Below the pieces are notes generated by a model, which was not told the DNA's origin, did not search any database, and saw only the letters and a program-made list of their open reading frames with translations. Positions 10,430-23,800 of a stretch of 64,000 nt of DNA are shown here, one piece after another. Location of the stretch: NCBI GenBank assembly GCA_964016885.1, contig OZ024745.1, positions 59,024,001 to 59,088,000 on the forward strand. Direction: 5' to 3'. A program made the position numbers and the translations under genes. Position 1 is the stretch's first letter; each line of letters begins with the position of its first letter. Source of the DNA: Eledone cirrhosa (lineage: Eukaryota).

Positions 10430-12439
10430 TATATACATACATACATATATATATATACAGATCCATATGGCACATAAACATACGCTCGTTCACATACGTG
10501 AGAATTGGCAGCAACACATTACAGACCTGCTGGTTTTGTTTTTCCGATAATTTGTTTTACCATTTCTGTTTACTAAACGATACTGTTCACGTAAGCCTTA
10601 TTGTTGCAAAGGTTTGGATAATCGTCATTAATGTATATTTGTTGTTTTGTTATTTCATTTGTCTTTCATTTATGTTTACATATAAATCGCTGCTCTAGCT
10701 GTAGTTGTTGTTATTTACTTTCAATGTTGTTGCTGCTGTTATTGTTGTGTGTACGATCATGGCGTCTACATGCAACGATAAACGCAGCAACTGATGTTTA
10801 AGGAACCGCTGACGTATAGTTAAAGGTTTGATGCAATGGGTATTGTAATCAATATGTATACCTAGCATATGTTAATAGTGTAACAATCTGCTAGGTATTT
10901 ATACCCGGAGTGTTTATTATACCCTCATATAAGGGAGCTGGATTGTCAGTATCGGTAAACGTCGGATAAGATGTTTTTTGCGGTATAGGGTTACTTCCCT
11001 TTATGTTCTGAGTTCAAATCCCGTCGAGGTTAGCTTTGCTTTTCATCATTATAAGGTCAATTGTGCACTGGATAATTGCTGGCCTTGTGCCTAAAGTAGA
11101 AACAATTATAAGGTCAATTGTAACGACTTTCCCTTCAAATTGCTGCCTTTGTGCCTAATTCAAAAATTGTTATTATATCCTCATAGCTTAAAATTTCGAT
11201 TTCAAATGTGATTTTGCAGCTTGATTACGAAAATTATAACCATTTTATTTATCTATTTATTTATTATTTATTAGAGAGGTTAATAGCAAAGATTGAATTT
11301 TTTGACAAATCTGTACAGAATATCTCATTATGGTTTTCTAAGTTCTGGTTTCAAATCCCACCGATGTCAACCTTGCTTTTCAACTTTTTTTTTTTGGGGG
11401 GGGGGGGGGGGGTCGTATGTTTTCAATGAATCTGACCTCCAAATCCGTCTTTTTTGTCATGTATAACGTGTTTAATGTAAAAGGAGAATAAATTAAAACA
11501 CGAATGCTCCCATAAAATTTCACCGGAGATAGTGGTCGGAAAAATTAATAAGCGAGGCGAGACGATTATTCGAAACCCGTGAGTAATATCTTCAACTCTA
11601 AAGTAAGAATGGTAACTGTTGTTATACAGATTGAGTTAAGCAGAGTAATGTCCCTTGGATAATAGCCATCGTTCAATGGTCAAATTAATATCAGTAGTCC
11701 AACAACAAACAACATTTCTTTATTTCCGTCTTAACATTGCTAAATCAACCGGCTTCTTGTCTTCAGGGTTTATTACAGGTTTTAAGTACAATGTCACCAA
11801 CATTTAGAAAACATTCGAAGTTACTTAGTGACCCTGCATTTTCACCGAATACCACACACTTTAACAATTCGTCCATTCTATTCATTTGTTTTTATTTATT
11901 TATTTATTTGGTTATTCATTTGTCTGTTATTATTGCTCTTAACTTCCTACTCCTGTATTTATTTATTTATGGTAATATTTCTCTTATACTCACGCCTGTT
12001 TCATCAGCTATACGCTGGCCTGGTCGCCATTCGCAAAAGTGCTGCTATTTAAATTATTTTAGGCAATAGTGATATGCCTCCGGTGACCAGGATGGAGACC
12101 TATATTGTTAGATGGTTTATTTACATGTAGGCCGTTGTCTTCTCGTTTTCCAGGGGAGCTAGCTTGCATAACCTTGTCTCCTATTTCTCCCTCTCAAACA
12201 TCGCTTTTGAATGAAATTAATGCTGCTTCCCCTATTGTTCATCCCATAACTCCCTCAAAAGCTAACCTGTCTCCCCGGCTCCCATCGCTCTGCTATAATT
12301 AGTGCTATTCACCCAGTCTCTCCCGCTATCTCTACTGCTAATCTTCTTACTCATTGCCTTTTTCCCATCTGTCTAATATCTTGATGATGCTTGTTTGGGG
12401 GTAGGAGCACAGATAAGGTCCTTGCTACTGTAAGAAACT

Positions 12440-12858
12440 CAGTCATAGGGGCCTTCATGTCAACAGTGAGTTCTGGATCCTCAACTCCCCCACCTTCACA
12501 GTGACATCACCTGCATATGCCAACGCAGCCCTTCCACGTCCCGGTTCCAGTGGGATGTGCTGCAACATGTCCAGCTTCCGCAGGTTAGCACTACAGAAGG
12601 GAGGAGAAAGGGCATCCTTGATGGACTGAGTGCGTGGCCTGAAACGGTTCCAATAGGTGACCATTTACTTTGACCACCAAACAGATGCCACTGTGCATTG
12701 CCGCAATCCGGCCTCTGAAGACGGGACTTAGACTGCCTGCCTTGTGGACAGCCTCCAGGTATTAATGATCAACCTTATCAAAAGCTTTCAATCTATCTAA
12801 ATTGATGAGAGCCCCCCGAAGCAATGTTTACTCCATACCTTCTCTATCATGTATCATG
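12440..12858 (-). mobile_element. L1/Tx1-clade LINE RT relic
   Basis: Frameshifted KAFDKVDH.YLEAV, VVKVNGHLLEPF, SVHQGCP, LRKL..AYAGDVTV. Confidence 0.8.
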
Positions 12859-13404
12859 TTGCCGTGAATAAACGTAGTCCATTTAGTTCTTTATTCAGTT
12901 TCAAGTTCAGTCATACACTGGATTTGATTCAGTCAAATATACTGCCCACATCCCTCAGCAAATTTGAGCTCTACTGCAGAACACCTGAGCAAACTGTTTT
13001 CAAGAAAGCACCAGACTAAATATTTTGCATTACTTATTAAAGTTGTTTACGTTATGAAATCACATCCCGTCAAGTCTGATTGCAGTCAATAAAATAACAA
13101 CCACCATCTGGTCCTTGTGCACCTTTGTATGTATGGGTCTGTAACTCCAGATGAAATGACAGAGTGCTGCAATGACATAAGGCATGTCTTGGGAATTTAA
13201 ACCTGGTGGAGCCTATCCTTCTCAAAAAGTGAGAGAAAGTAAGTGAAAAAAAATAGATGAAGAATCGATCCTAGTACTAGACTGCTACTTTTTTTTTTTT
13301 TACCAATGTCGAAAGGCCAAGTTGACCTCAAAGGGATTTGAACTCAGAGAGCAAAGCAGTCTAACAACTCTGCTAATTTGCCACCTTTATTGGAGTCTAT
13401 TTGG

Positions 13405-13598
13405 GGCATTGTGGATTGGCAGTATCGATAGAGGGTCGGACGCCATGCTTTCCAGCATAGTTACGTCCCTTTACGATCTGAGTTCAAATCCCGCCAAGGT
13501 TGACTTTGCCTTTCATCCTTACGGGGTCGATAAAATAAAGTACCAGTAATGCACTGGGTAATTGCTGGCCTTGTGCCTAAAGTAGAAACAATTATTAT
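13405..13598 (+). mobile_element. tRNA-derived SINE family A (Meta/MESC-like core, (TTA)n tail)
   Basis: B-box GAGTTCAAATCCC plus core GTTGACTTTGCCTTTCATCCTTACGGGGTCGATAAAATAAAGTACCAG; many copies, e.g. 22405-22600(-), 26695-26835, 29077-29265(-), 31285-31443, 36298-36500(-), 42525-42716(-), 56040-56205(-), 60940-61140. Confidence 0.88.
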
Positions 13599-14710
13599 AA
13601 AACACCCCACTCCTTTCCAGAGGGAAACATTTTTTCCTTGGTTTTTTTGTGTACTATCAATTAATCTTATATCCAAAATATTGGCATTCACCGTTTTTCC
13701 CGGAGAACGGAGGGGCGCCCCACCTCCTAGGATTTTTCCATACGATTTGTCTTTCCGCGTGTTATCAATGAATAGGACCTCCAAAGCAATCAGAAACCAC
13801 TAGATTTGTAGAAAAAGATTGGTGAAAAGACCATCGGAGTTTCGCAGATGTACACACCTCTCGCGTTTGGTGGGAAATAATTATCTTTCCTCGGTTTTTT
13901 TCTGGACCTCTTAGATAGTGGGTAAAAGTCGATTGCCAGCATTTTAGACGTTAGTTAATTGGTTATCTTGAACTTCCCCGCGTTAAATTATTTTTTTGTT
14001 TTTTTAATGTAAATAATTTTAAATTATTTAATTTTTATTTTTTTATTTTTGTTAAATTTAATATTATTTTGATTTTCATAATTATTTGTTAGCATGGCTA
14101 GTCGTCCGCATGCTTGTATACCAATGTGACAATGATGGTACCTGTGTACCAACGAGATGTAGTGACCCCTTTACTCATCATTGCTCAGTGCGTTTGACCA
14201 GGTCCTCGCATCGTAACCGATGGCAGTCATACAATGCCCTCCCGCAACATCCAGTTGTAAACCATCGTTACAACTTTGTGAACCCCAACTACCACACAAA
14301 CCGTGTGAAAGGCAGCTGTATATATAATGGACACGTTTGAATATTATAATTTATGTTTCCTATTTACTTTTCTTTAAATTTTTTTTTTTTTAAATAATAA
14401 TTTAACGTGGGCAAGTTCAAGATGACCGATTAATTAATAGCACAAGGAAAACATTTTTTTCCCACTGAAATCGAGTAGGACTTCGATAAAGATACAAAGA
14501 AAATCCTTATCTTAATGCATTACTTCGTACTACATTAATCCTTAAGTCGTAATACAGTCTCTTTACACCCACTAGCCTTAGAGGCTATGCAAAGGGTCTT
14601 GAGCAAACCTTAGTTCAAAAAAACAATACAAAAATATTGACAACAAATTAATTTGATAACATTAAAAAAAATGAAAATATGTTTTGTGGTGTAACTCTTT
14701 TCTTTTTCCG

Positions 14711-14719
14711 GCGGAAGTG
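14711..14719 (+). promoter_or_regulatory. ETS/GABP-like site (GCGGAAGTG) in the MRPS27 proximal promoter or 5' UTR
   Basis: About 45 bp upstream of the ATG in a locally CpG-richer region; GGAAGTG core sites are common in promoters of nuclear-encoded mitochondrial genes. Confidence 0.45.
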
Positions 14720-14762
14720 AATCTAGCAATAACAACATAGAATTCGTTGTTCTGGTCCAGTC

Positions 14763-14844
14763 ATGGCCTTACCATGTGTTCTTCGTTCACTCTGTCAGAC
14801 TATGAAAAGGAGTAATCCAGTATTTCCTGGATTAAATTTCTCAG
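14763..14844 (+). CDS. MRPS27: MRPS27 exon 1 (MALPCVLRSLCQTMKRSNPVFPGLNFS)
   Basis: ATG at 14763; donor CAG|GTAAAG; phase 1 fits exon 2. Confidence 0.8.
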
Positions 14845-17800
14845 GTAAAGATTATTCATTTTCTACACATGAAATAATTTACTCGAAATATTTAAAATTT
14901 CTATAATGCTACATTTACGTAGAATGCCATGAATATTCTCGCCGGTCCTCCTTCTGTCTCTATGCTTTAACTTCTTTCAATATTATTATCTAATTCAGCG
15001 AATCGCACTTCCAGAAGAAGGAAAGTAAAGTTGACCTTGATAGGATTTAAACTAATAACGTAAAGGGTCGTAACTAAATACTGCGAAGTATTTTGTCCGA
15101 CGTTCTAACGATTCTTCCAATCCGTTGCCTTTAGAGACGGGTGGAATAATGATTTCTAATTTAGACACAATACCAGCAATTTGTTATCGAACCCAGTACT
15201 TCAGTGATACTTTATTTATCGACCTCCGACTTATGACAGGCAAAGTTGACCTCGACGGGATTTGAACTCAGAACGTAGTGGGGCGTAACTTAAAGAGACA
15301 CAACTCGTCATAAGAAACGTTATGAAAAGATGATGTGATTTATATTGAGGTTACCGAAGCCCCGTTATATTGTTGTTGTTTTAATCACCTTGTATCCGTG
15401 TTAAAAACCTTCAGTCCATCTAACTTCTGATTAACCTTGGAATTTTAATTTTATCTGGATATCTAAAGAATCTTATTTAAAAAATAAAATAAAGGAATTT
15501 AAAATGCATTAACGTTTACATATTAAAAAAAAACGAAAGTAAGCTAAAGCGGGTAATCGTTTACATTACCCGCAAAACGAGTTCTCAGATCAGTTTTCAT
15601 AAATTCTATTAAACTGTGACCTTCAGGAAGGCATGAACGTCACAGGATCTCATTTGGTAGAATTAGACAGTTCCTCAATTAAAATATAATTTGTTGAAAA
15701 TTGAATTTTATATTTCCAACAAATTATTTTATAACAATCGTTAATTTAGTTATAAAAGCATTTTCAATCATTCTAGTGTTAAAAATATACTTGTAATCGT
15801 TGGTTTGTAATTAAGATTTAAAGTCTGCTACTCACCCTCTGTGTATCTAAATTATTGAACATTTGTTAGGGTGCAAGTGGGGGAACTGTTGTCATTGTGT
15901 GTATCACTGTTGGTTTAAGAATGGGAATAAGTTACTTCATTTCAAGGTCAGTCAAATCGCTTGGGTTCTTAAAAGGACTTAGCAAGAAAACGATAGATCT
16001 CGGCTTATCGATAGAAAATTAAGATATTTTAAGGATATTTAGTGAATTAGAAACTGTTATCTTGGTGATATAAATATATATGAAGACATATACGATATGT
16101 TTGTGTATAATAAATATACACCAGTCTCGCTATGTATATTGCTGAGATTATGCTGTCTTCAGCTGAGACATACATGATCATAGTATATACCTCTATTATG
16201 AACAACGCTATGTTAGTGCTAATGCTAATCATTCTCACTTAATGTATGTTGGGAATATCAGTAACTACCTCTTTCATTTTTAATCTCTATATTATTTATC
16301 AAGTTCCACATCAATATATTTGATTGTCGATAAAATAAAGTACCAGTAATTAACTGGGTTATTGCTGGCCTTGTGCCTAAAGTAGACACAAATATATTTG
16401 ATTATGAAACCACTAAAGCAAAACTAGCAAATTGTTTTACTATACCCAAATATAAGTGTGGTAGAGTGTTGGACATGCTTTACGGCATATAGTTACGTCC
16501 CTTTACGTTCTGAGTTCAAATACCACAGAAGTTAGATTTGCCTTTCATCCTTACGAGGGTAAATAAAATAAGCTACCTGTAACACACACACAGGTCAATT
16601 TAAGCGATTTTTCCCCTCTCCCAAAATTGTTGGCCATGTGCCTAAATCAGAAACCATTATATTAACTGCCTTTCCTCCTTACGGGGTCGATAAAATAAAG
16701 TACCAGTAATGTACTAGGTAATTGCTGGCCTTGTGTCAAAAATAGAAACAATTATATTATCTTATAATTATAATCATCATCATATGTCTGCTTTCCTTGT
16801 GGGCATTAACTAGATGGGTCATGCTGTCTTAGTCCAAAATGCAGTGATAGTGGTATAACTGATCTTTAGAAAGAATCCAGAGCTTCAGCTGCTCAGGCAT
16901 CATTTAACTATGTTTAGATATAAGTTTGATGAATCCATTTCTCAACCACTTTATAATATAATATATTATTATTGCTTAACCATGTCTCTCTCCTCTTGCA
17001 GTCTGTCGTCATTTGCTCAGTGATGCATATCAGTGCCAATCAGTATGGGATGAAAGAATGAATTCCCCAGAACTTCGAGTCCCTTGTGGTATGTATTTTG
17101 TTTTTTACCTATGTACTTTAGCATGTGGCCTAGATGTTAGGGTATTGGACTTACCACCATAATGTCCTGGGTTTGATTCTAGCACGGAGTTATGTCTTGT
17201 GTTCTTGAGCAAAACACTGCATTCCAAATTGCTCCAGTACACTGAAGCAAGCTAAAATTGAGTACCAGCAATAGCTGGAGGTTTAACCCTGTGATGGACT
17301 AGCATCTTGTTCAGGGGGGAGTCTAGTACTCTCAATTTACAGAATGTACTGCAAGCAAATCACCAACACTACGGAGGTTGTCATATCTTTGACACAGTTG
17401 AAGAGTTACCCAGGACAATATGTAAATGTACGTACTAGCATGGAATGGTGTAAAAGATGTGGGAAAAATTAACCTCTTTTTTTTACTTTATTAGATTGTG
17501 TTCCGATGCCAACCTTGTCAAATAGTTACAGATAAATAGTGATTGATTTAAGAAAAGGAAGAGAGAAAGACAAAATACACTATAAGAAAATAGAAAGAGA
17601 GAATGGGTGAACATAGCAAATGAACATCCTTTAAATTATGATCATCTATTTCCTAAACATCTTTACTTCTTAACATTTCATTTTATTTGGAATCAATATC
17701 ATTTACAGTCATTTACAATCTTTAATGAAGGCTTAGCAATATTGGAAGAAAAAAAAGGTTTCCACTAAAGACTGCTATATATGGAGCATAATAGTATGTA

Positions 17801-20800
17801 TAAAGAAATGAATTTATCAAATTTATATCAAAACAAAGTTGAATGGTGCCCAACAGTTAAAGCACTAGATTCTATCCAAAGATCAGTCATAACAGCTCTC
17901 ACTGCAATTATTACTTGATCTTCATTTATCCACCTCACCTTAATCTACTTAGCTGTAACTAGGTGGCATTTTCACTTCACAGCTTAGTAAAGGAGACCAT
18001 TGACAAGGTTGGCATCAGAAGACAATCAAAGAGTCTACTGATCAATACACAATTATAATAAAATAAAAAATGAGGTTAATTTTTCCCATCTCTTTTATAT
18101 TCATTATTCCATGCTAGTACATACATTTGCATATTGTCCAGGAGAACTCTTCAACTGTGTCAAAGACATGACAACCTCCGTAGTGTTGGTGATTTGCTTG
18201 ATTAACACATGCAGTACATTCTGTAAACTAGTTTGGTAATAAGGAGGACATACAGCTGTAGAAAACCTGTCAAACAAAGGGTCAGGAGGACTCTTGAGTT
18301 GTGCCAAAGACATGGCAACTTCTGTAGTGTTGGTGATTTGCTCGATAAACACACACAGTACATTATGTAAACTGATTGGTTAAAAGAAGGGCATACAGAA
18401 CAACAGCAGTAGTAACAACTTCCATGCCATAGTTCATAAAATAATTTCAATTTCTGAAAATTAGAATTGACATAGTTTAAAGCCAGTAAGTTCAGGTTAA
18501 GTAGAGGATGTTTGTAGTAAAAAATAGAGGAGACAGGATTGACTACTTATTCTGTTTAAACTGTGATAATTTGTGTTTCAACAGTTATTTGTTTCATTTA
18601 ATTGTTCAGAATATTTACTTCATTATTTATCTTTCTTTTTGTTGCAGATGATTTCCTCTTCAATCTATTTGACAAGGCTGAAAAGGAAAAAAATGTTTCA
18701 TTTGTTGACATTGATATTGTAAGTTAATAGAATTTAGTATTTTATGATGATGTCTGTGTTATTGTTGTAGTGGAAATAGTAGAACTATTAGGGGACTAAA
18801 TGATTTACTGAATTTAATTTCATTACCACATCACAAATACTAAATTGAACTCCTGTGCAGACTAAATTATACTTCTCATCCCTCTAGGTTTGATAAAATA
18901 AATAGATTAACATATACTGGGTTTGATTCAGTTGACTATACAAGTACATCTCACTAACAAATTTGTGATCTATTGACAATGTAAAGAGATCAATATTCAA
19001 CACACACACTCACACACACATATTGACCATAAGGATGGCCAGAGGGCTGAAAGAAAAATAAATCCTCACCATGTGTCTTATAGCTTTAATTAAAGTTTCT
19101 AAAGAAAAAAAATATGTTTAAACTCTGCCTTAAATATAAGACTCATTTGTTTTTGAAATGAGTCTTGTGTTGTGTGTATCCCTGTTTACTGCATGCCATA
19201 TCAGGTAACCAAAAGTGATGGTGTCAAGAAGGGCGTTCAGTTGTAAATTATTATCTCAAGACACCCCATCCAACTCATACAAGACGTATAAACGATGATG
19301 ATTGTATGTTCTATTTTATAGTTGGCTAACAAGATAGCAGAACTAGAAGCTACAGATCTGCAGAAAGTTGAAAGACTTGTTTACAGGTAAGCAAACACAT
19401 TTGTAGCTGTTTTACATAAATAACTTCAGTCCTTATAGTGATAATAGTTGACTGGATTATTTAAATAGATATACATAGTTTATTTCATTTTAATAACTAA
19501 TTGATGCTAATATTGGTATTATCTTCAAGAAACATTACTATTTATGCCCTAATTCATAAATGAAAACAAATCAGCTGTAGTTAAGTTATAAACATGTATG
19601 AAAGTATTTGTAAATATATGATAATCACTGTTCAACTCAGCTCTTGTGCCTAGAATAATTCTCTTATTTTTTAGCTCTTGTGTCTAGAATACTCTTATGT
19701 TTAGAATAATACTCTTATTTTTGTTCAATAAAAATCTTTTAATTACGACTATAACTTTTTTCTTAAAAGATCTTATATTCAAAATATATGAAACTAAAAT
19801 ATTTTTTAATGCTTTATATTTAGTGTAGAAAGACTAATAACTTGAAATTAACATTTAAAACAATATAATCATGAATACAAGCAACCAAAATAAAAATTAT
19901 AAATAATGTCATAGAAACATTTACGTTTGTTTAAACAAACAGGTTCCGCCACAGTGTTGAAGCAGGAAAAGTTACTGATTCTTTGGCAACATCTCTGGCA
20001 CGAGGTTACATAAAGCTTGGCCTTGCTGAAAATTATCTCCGAATAATGAAGAAAAGAGTAAGTACTTTGTTTGGATCAAAATATATTAGGTCTTCTTTTA
20101 TTTTATCTTTAATTATTTACTTGTTCTCCTTGCTAGATAGGGTTTTAGGTAGATAGAAGACAAAGAGATGGTCTTTTTATATTACTATACCAGAAGTGTG
20201 GTATTGTATGGCAGCAAAACTTCACCTGTGTAACTACAGTAATGATTTATTGTATAGTAGTAGAAGTATATATGGACTCATGACCCCTGATGGAATTTTA
20301 AGGGTGCCATCATGAAATACACATGTTTTGGGCACTTTAAACCTAGCAGAGCTCATCCCTCCCCAGATCTGAATACAGTCGATTTCTTCTAGAGAAGGAG
20401 AACGAGGGATAAAGTAGACAGGGAAAAGTGATATAGAGGAAGAATACATCCCAGTATTTGACTGGAACTTTTGTTTTCGACCTCGATAGAATGAAAGGCA
20501 AAGTTGACCTTAGTGGGATTTGAACTCAGCGACCACAGAGATCCTGAATGAAAACCACAAAGCTTTCTATCCAATATTCTATTGACTCTGCCAATATGCC
20601 GCCTGTAGTAAATAGACCGATACCTGAATTTGACAGCAAACTGGAATGTAGGACATAATTGAGACCATCAAGCAGGGCAAACATAGATTGGCTGGCCATA
20701 TCTCTCATCTCAGAGACAACAAGGTGGACACCAAGGCAGTAAAGAAGAACTAAAGGGTAACCAAAGGCAAAATGGCATGATGACCTGACCTGATACCTCA

Positions 20801-23800
20801 GCCCCACATGGCCCAGTATAGGAAGTGGTGTAAGTCAACCAGGAGTGAGAAAGCCCTGTATTTAGAGTGGAAGACATTGAACTTGGATTTCTGGATGTGT
20901 AATGTGTACTTGAAAGAGAAAATAATTGAGTTAAAAGTATAAGTAGGTCTTGGCATCAGAAACATTAACTAAGTTTGTATTTTGATCTAATTATATTCCT
21001 TTTTTTTAATAAATGAAATGTAATTTATGTGTCTTTAAACATTTATTTATCTTTTGAGTTTTAATAAATACTTTACCTTCCAACAGAATGGCTATGGAAT
21101 CTTTCCAGATTTTCCTACATCCAACATTCTCATGGACCATTTCATTAAAATGGAAAAATATGACTGTAAGCTTTCTTTATTTTTTCTTCTTTACCTTCTC
21201 CTCCTCCCACTTATTCTTTGGGGGAGGGGGTCATGGGGGCAGAGTCCTCAAGTTGTTCTTCCTGACAGAAGCAACTGTCTCTAGTTGAGCTCATTCATGG
21301 ATCTTATCCAACTAAAAGAAAAGAAAAAGAGTAAATTTAGATTGATTTATTTAATCAATTTTAACGTCCATAGCAGACTAGGAGGGACATCTAATACTCC
21401 TCACAATTTAGAAGCAAAAATTTTAAAAAAGACAGAGAGGTAATTGCTGATGAATTTGATGAAGATGTAAATAATGTTTCATAGCCAAATCTATTACATT
21501 ATCTATCCTAGTGTTATTCACTGTATGCTATTGAAATAACAGGTGCTGCCGAAATTGCCTATGAAATGATGTTTCAGGAAGACTTTAGCCATCGCTCCAC
21601 ACTCTTGTTGTCTCTTTATTCATGTGTCAAGTTGGTGTTGTCCTCACCCAAACAAACAGATGTAAAAGATGTTCAAGAGAAAACAGATCAAGATGAAGAA
21701 ATTGAGGTACATATTGTTTGGATTGTATTTAAATCTTTGGTTAGAATATCAGATACCACACACTTGCATCAAGGTCACTCACATGACCTGGTGTTTCTTC
21801 TCCTATTGTGGAATGTCCTCACTACCACCTGGCAAGCAGCATGTAGCCTACACACCTATTATATTTTACGCCCTCCTCCCACTCTCATCAATGCATCCCC
21901 AGCCTACCTGTGGACATACTGAGCACCCTAGTCTAGTAATGAGGTAGTGCTGGTGCCGCAACAAAAAGCACCCAGTCCACTCTGTAAGGTTTTAATGCTT
22001 GTGCTATAATAAAAAAAAAAGCACCTAGTCCACTGGTAGCGCTGGTGCCACAACAAAAAGCATCAAATCCACTTTATAAGGTAGTCATGCTGGTGCCATG
22101 ATAAAAAACACCCAGACCACCCTAATAAGGTGGTAGTGTTGGTGCCACGATAAAAAGTATCCAGTCCACCTTATAAGGTAGTAGTGCTTGGGCCACAAAA
22201 AAAAGCACCTAGACCACCCTAATAAGGTGGTAGTGTTGGTGCCACAAAAAAAAGCACCCAGTGCATGCTATAAATTGGTTGATATTTGGAAAGGCATCCA
22301 GCTGTAGAAAACTAAGTAAAAATCAGATTGTATGAGCAAGACATGGTCACCTAACCTGTGTAACTCCTGCAAGCATTGAAAATAGATGTTAAATCATTGT
22401 TGTTATTATAATTGTTTCTACTTTTGGCACAAGGCCAGCAATTACTCAGTGCATTACTGGTACTTTATTTTATCGACCCCGTAAGGATGAAAGGCAAAGT
22501 TAACCTCGGCGGGATTTGAACTCAGAATGGCAAGGACCGTAAATCTATGCGTCAAAGCATGACGTCGGACCCTCTACCAATACTGCCAATCCACCGCCCC
22601 TTTGTTGTTATTATAATGTTTTTTTAGTTTGTCTTAAAATATTTTAGACTTTTGACATTCATTCACTTATTTATTCAACTTTAGGAAATTTGGGTAAAAG
22701 TAAAATACATGAACAAGCCATACTATGATGACCATTTTGACATCACAGAACCAAATCTCCTGCTGGGTAAAACCTTGATAATGATTGGCAAAGAATTCTC
22801 CAGCCATAATCTACTTAGTTGTTCATTACAAACCTATGGGCTTGGACTATATGAAAAATTTCATAGAGGGCTGTTATTCTTTGAGAAACTTCTTGCTGGT
22901 CCCAAAGTGCCATGTCTGTATAAATGTGCTGTAAGTTGGATATTTTATTTATTGTTATTTGTTTATTTAATAATACATTTCAGAATTTAATTAACTTTCC
23001 TGTAATCATGCATAACATTTATATGCACACAAATATGTTTATATATATATACAGATATATATTCACTATTTATATAACCAATTCAACTTCTGTCAGCCAT
23101 TGTAACTGTTCTACATTTTACCACTTAATCAGTGTATGCTCATTAAATGTCTGAAAGTTCATGATATTTACAAAACAATAAAATTTGCCTAGAGTTTCTT
23201 TCTGTTATCAATTTACATTTTATTTCTCAATTCTAGTTAGAGAAATTTCAAGAATGTTTAGAATTTTGCCAAGTGAAAGACCCAAAGCTGGCGACAAAAG
23301 ATATTGGACTGTTAAAAAAGAAAGACAGCAGAGAAGAACTAAGACTATCAGTTGAAGAGAAGGAAGTTTATGTAGAGAAATTTAAGGTTTTGTTTCATTT
23401 ATTTACTTTTTTTCAATGGTTATTAGATTGAAAGTCAATTGTTAGTTTGACTGTTCACTTTAAACAAGTGGTACCACATCCCTAGCTTCACAATTAGATT
23501 AATCAATAAGAACTCCAAAAATCACCCAGGTCATCCTGTAAGGTTGTTGTTCTGGTAACATGACAAAAAGCACCCAGTCTATCATGTAAGATGATAGTGC
23601 TGGTACCATGATAAAAAGCACCCAGGTCACCATGTAAAGTGGTAGTGCTAGAGCCACAAAAAAACTCCCTGTACACAGCTGTAAAAAAAAAAAATCAAAA
23701 ACAGATCATATGAAAAAAATGTGGTCACCTGACTAGCCTCATAACATGACAACCTTTTCTAACTCATACATGGAAAATATGACGATGAAAGTTAAACTCA

